From Octopus sinensis (Eukaryota), in assembly GCF_006345805.1 (NCBI RefSeq), contig NC_043004.1, forward strand, positions 4,464,001-4,528,000: DNA of 64,000 nucleotides, given 5' to 3'. Made by a program: the position numbers and the translations under genes. Each line of letters begins with the position of its first letter. Within the stretch, counting starts at the first letter, position 1. Below the pieces are notes generated by a model. That model did no database searches. It was not told the origin of the DNA and saw only the letters and a list, made by a program, of their open reading frames with translations. Of this stretch, positions 59,791 to 64,000 are shown piece by piece.

Positions 59791-60707
59791 CTTCTTGCCA
59801 CAAAGCAGAGGAATCATGGTGTAACCCCCTATGGTGTGGTAAACTTTCAGACCCTAGTCTAGATTGCAAATCCTCTGTACCCCAGGATAGTTCAGCTCTC
59901 TACCCGTTAAAAGTCACCGTTTACGGAATGAGGATAACAACGTAGATTTCGTGCCTGTGCAACCGCCAGTCTATCGCGTGTGGTGGGTGGATCTTCAAGT
60001 TGTCACACACATTCTTAGTAGCTTAGAGTAGGCTTGAATGAGAGATTATTCTTTGTGGCTAATGGTGTGAGTCCTGATTGGAAGAAGAAGAAGACAACAA
60101 CTGAGTGAGGTCAAGCGGACCAATGAGCAAGGGTCAACTAATCAATAAAAATAAGATTAGTAATATCACAAAGTTGGCTGTCATGTACCAAGAGTGCAGT
60201 CAATCATCAACGGTTATGCTATCAAAAACAATAACAAGCGAAAGAAAAGTTAAAAGACGCAAAGATAGGAGAAAGTGGGAACAAAATCTAAAACAAAAAT
60301 TGTAATTCCAAACATCAATTTATGTGTGTGTGTGTGGGGGGGCAAAGATATTGATTTGTGTTCTTTCAGGCAAGTCAACAAGTCTGATTCCATTTTCAAA
60401 ATCTCATTATGGTAGCATCATTGTAATAGCAAAGACAGATGCGAAAGGGAGATTTTTAGAACTTCATAATCTTTGCATTATTTTATTTTGTTAAGGCGGC
60501 AAGCTGGTAGAAATGTTAGCATGCCAGGCAAAATGCTTAGTGGTATTTCGTCTGTCTTTACGTTTTGAGTTCAATTTCCACCAAGGTCGACATTGCCTTT
60601 CATCCTTTTGGAGTTGATAATTTAAGTACCAGTTGCATACTAGGATCGATCTAATGGACTGGCTCCCTCCCCCAAAATTTCAGGCCTTGTGCCCAGAGTA
60701 GAAAAGA

Positions 60708-61076
60708 TTATTACCACTGCCTTAGCAAAGGTGGAGGTATTGTTTTCAGTCATGTTTATTTGTCCATGGACAAGATATCTCAAGAACTGGTGGATGGATT
60801 TGGATGAAATTTTCAGAGATATTTGACCTCGTGACTGGTACAAATTGATTAGGTTTTGGGATCAATCCAGTACTGGACAAGGATTCTTGACTATTTTTTC
60901 CTGTTTTTCTTTTACTTAATTTTTGAGAGCGGTCAGGTTCATTTTCAGTATTCTCGTTTGTGAGAGCAGTCGAGTTTATTTCAGATATTTTCATTTTAAA
61001 AATCATTTCTGGCTAATCGTTGAGAGGACATTGGAGTTGTCTTGGTGGAGGTTTGTGCTCTCTGAGTGCTCTTGTT
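60708..61076 (+). mobile_element. Non-autonomous Helentron-type (HINE/DINE-like) element
   Basis: 5' ttattaccactgcc..ggtggaggtattgttttc, gatatctc..ggatggatt..gatgaaattt core, 3' ttggtggaggt plus hairpin gtgctctctgagtgc. Confidence 0.65.
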
Positions 61077-62627
61077 TTATTCTTTTTTTTCTTGATTGTT
61101 TTTTGAAACATCATAATCAACATTCATAATAATTAGAAAAAAAAAGCTTTGATATTACAACTCTAGTGCTAGTAGATTGCAATAATTGGAAAGCTTGCAA
61201 ATTACAATAATGGCTAACGAGTTCAACAGCAGTGTAAGGAAGTGTTTTAAGATGAAAACATAACTTCTGAAGGTGCATAGAAAATACAGTGATCAAAGCT
61301 GAGAATAAAAATTTATGTGTGCTTGCGCATGTTTGCGTGTGTGTGTATGAAAGGGTGCTGAAAAGTTCTTAGCTTTGGATAAAAGAAAATACAGGAGGAT
61401 CAGTTAATTATGATTTTATTCAACATATTCCCCTGTCAGATTCACACACTTATTGCAGCAGTCCTTCAGTTTTTCTAAGCCTTGTAAAAGAACTTGGAAG
61501 GTTGGACCTCCAAACAGGCCTTTCACAATACCCTTAAAACCAAGAATTTTCCGGAACCCCCTATGTATATATATATATAGGTGCAGGTGTTGCTGTTTGG
61601 TAAGAAGCTTGCTTCCCAACCACATGGTTCCAGGTTCAGTCCAACTGAACCTGGAACCATGTGTTTTCTACTATAGCACCATGCTGACCAAAACATTGTG
61701 AGTGGATGTTGTAGATGGAAACAGAAAGAAGCCTATTGTATATGTGTGTGTGTGTGCTTATGCATGTGTTTGTCTTCCACCACCACCTGACAACCGATGT
61801 TGGTTTGTTTACATTCCTGTAACTCAGTAGCTCAGCAAGAGAAACTGACACAATAAGTACCAGGCTTTGTTTGACTAAATACTTCAAAGAGGTGTCCCAA
61901 CATGGCCACAGTCAAATGAATGAAACAAGCAGAAGGTAAAAGATATATATATATATTTATATGTAGGTGGATAGACAATGGAAAGTGGCACTCAATTATA
62001 TGCCTGATGAGTTAGATTCATTCCACGAGCCTATAAATTGCATGAAGCACACACAGAACATACATTTATATATGTATGTATGTATGTATGTATATATATA
62101 TATCGTCTAACCCATGCTAGCATGGAAAACGGACGTTAAACGATAATGATGAGGATATGTATATATATATATATATATATATATTTACGTATCCAACCCA
62201 TGCTAGCATGGAAAGCGGACGTTAAAGGATGATGATGATATATAAATATATATATGTGCTAGGAAGGGCATCCAGCCGTAGAAACACTGCCAGATCAGAC
62301 TGGGCCTGATGCAGCCTTCTGGCTTCACAGACCCCAGTTGAACTGTCCAACCCATGCTAGCATGTAAAACTGACGCTAAATGATGATGATGATGAAATAT
62401 ATATACACATATGTATATACATATATAAACATATATATTTATGTATATACACACACACACACGTGTGTGTGTGTATGTATGTATGTATGTATGTATAACT
62501 CCCACATATACCAAATGTCAATTTCTAAAAAGAATTAGTGAAGTAAAATTATGTAGCAACACCAAATGGTGGTGCAACAGCTCATGAGCTGAAACTAGAT
62601 CAAATAAAAAATAAAAATATGTATATG

Positions 62628-62688
<61 letters not shown>

Positions 62689-62862
62689 ACATATCATCAT
62701 CATCATCATCGTCGTTTAACGTCCGTTCTCCATGCTAGCATGGGTATATATGTATATGTGTGTGTGTACATATATATATGTGTGTGTGTATGTATATATC
62801 ATCAGTAAATCATAAATCAAAAAAAGAAGCACACTCTAAGTTATAAAGCAGTAGAGTATATA

Positions 62863-63104
62863 TAGATAAAGATAGATATGGCCAGTCTATGGGGTTAACT
62901 AGTGTTTCACGTCCAAAAAATGCTTAGCTTTAAAGCATTTCTTCAGACCCTAAACCCTATGGCCTCACTAGATAATTTTGTAGGGAGACCACTTACTATA
63001 GAGGCCATAGGGTTTAGGGTCTGAAGAAACACTGTAAAGCTAAGTGCTTTATGGATGTGAAACCCAGGGTAACCCCATAGACCAGCCATATCCATCTTTA
63101 TCTA
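62863..63104. repeat. Inverted repeat (arms 62863-62966 / 63001-63104) with hammerhead motifs (family C)
   Basis: Arms are reverse-complementary around a 34-nt spacer. Confidence 0.8.
63017..63075 (+). ncRNA. Type-I hammerhead ribozyme motif (family C)
   Basis: GGGU CUGAAGA AACACUGUAAAGC(UAAGU)GCUUUAUGGAUGU GAAA CCCAGGG UA ACCC; stem I GGGU/ACCC, near-palindromic stem III, GUA cleavage triplet; mirror copy 62892-62950(-). Confidence 0.65.
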
Positions 63105-63664
63105 CACAAACACACACACACACATCATCATTCTTATGTTCATACTTTCCATGTTAGCATGGTTTAAATGAGACTTAGCGGGGGGGGGGGCAGTATACTA
63201 CAGCTGGATGATCTTCTGGTTACGAAACCTTATTAAAAAAAAAGAAAAAAGTAAGAGTTGGTGAGAGGAAGATTATTTATATTTTTATTCCACTTGTTTT
63301 CACAGAAAATAAAAAGCAATGAAAGCATGAAGCCGTTGAATGTACTATCATGAAGCCAACATGAACAAACACACAACTGCTGATTATGTCAATGTACGTT
63401 AATGTGGAACAACCTCCCCCCCACACACACACACACACATATACCAAATGCAGGAATATAATTGTTATTTTCAGTTTTATACAACATATGTACTTTCTCT
63501 GCAAGCTAAATGTCACTAATATGTAAGCTGATTGGCCTGTTATGCAATCTTATTGTGCATTTTTTTTTTTTTTTTGCAGATAACCAAAAGGAGTGAGCCT
63601 GTCAGCAAGAGGCTATAATAGAAGAGACCTGACCAAAGTACTATGCTGTGGGAAAAATACATAT

Positions 63665-63798
63665 ATTTATTATTCTTAAACAAGAATATTATTGACAATG
63701 ACTTTGAAGGTTCAGCTAGTTAGGCTACTGTCAGACAATGGCCTGAATGGCTGAAACTTCAAGGCCACTCTCAATATTCTTGTTTAAGAATAATAAAT
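63665..63798. repeat. Palindrome with degenerate hammerhead-like centre
   Basis: atttattattcttaaacaagaatatt / aatattcttgtttaagaataataaat arms; centre ..tgtcagacaatggcctgaatggctgaaacttc.. Confidence 0.65.
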
Positions 63799-64000
63799 TT
63801 GTGCTTCACAAAAGTAAAGAGTAACCCATCAGATTAATGTTAAATTCTTCTGTTATAACTGATTATAAAAGCAAACATTAATATATATGCATATATACAC
63901 ACTATGGGTATTCTGAATTTTAGAATAAGAACATTAAATCCCTGGAAGTTGTAAGAAGTGACTAAAAGGTTTGCATTAGGAAAGGCATCCAGCCATAAAA

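Overview
AT-rich, repeat-saturated eukaryotic DNA; the SINE/LINE/microsatellite make-up suggests a coleoid cephalopod, probably Octopus (inference). One protein-coding gene is visible: LRSAM1 (LRR/coiled-coil/SAM/RING E3 ligase) on the minus strand. I reconstructed 14 GT-AG coding exons (27616->3396, 430 codons, all splice phases compatible); the gene continues past the window start. Its first coding exon adds a 47-aa N-terminal extension beginning MGQRRSK, an N-myristoylation consensus. The rest is transposon-derived: tRNA-headed SINEs, RTE, CR1 and R4/Dong LINE fragments, mariner/Tc1, hAT, piggyBac-type MITEs, a Helentron-type element and microsatellites. The most striking signal is a set of inverted-repeat elements whose arms carry minimal type-I hammerhead ribozyme motifs (C[U/C]GANGA-stem II-GAAAC-palindromic stem III-NUH), from about five or six unrelated sequence families. 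The best-preserved family has a tRNA-derived Pol III head, a head-to-head arrangement, a one-sided tail and 12-13 bp TSDs (11346-11590, 29458-29951, 58284-58797). It looks like a hammerhead-bearing SINE mobilised by Penelope-like machinery. All calls were made by eye, without database searches.
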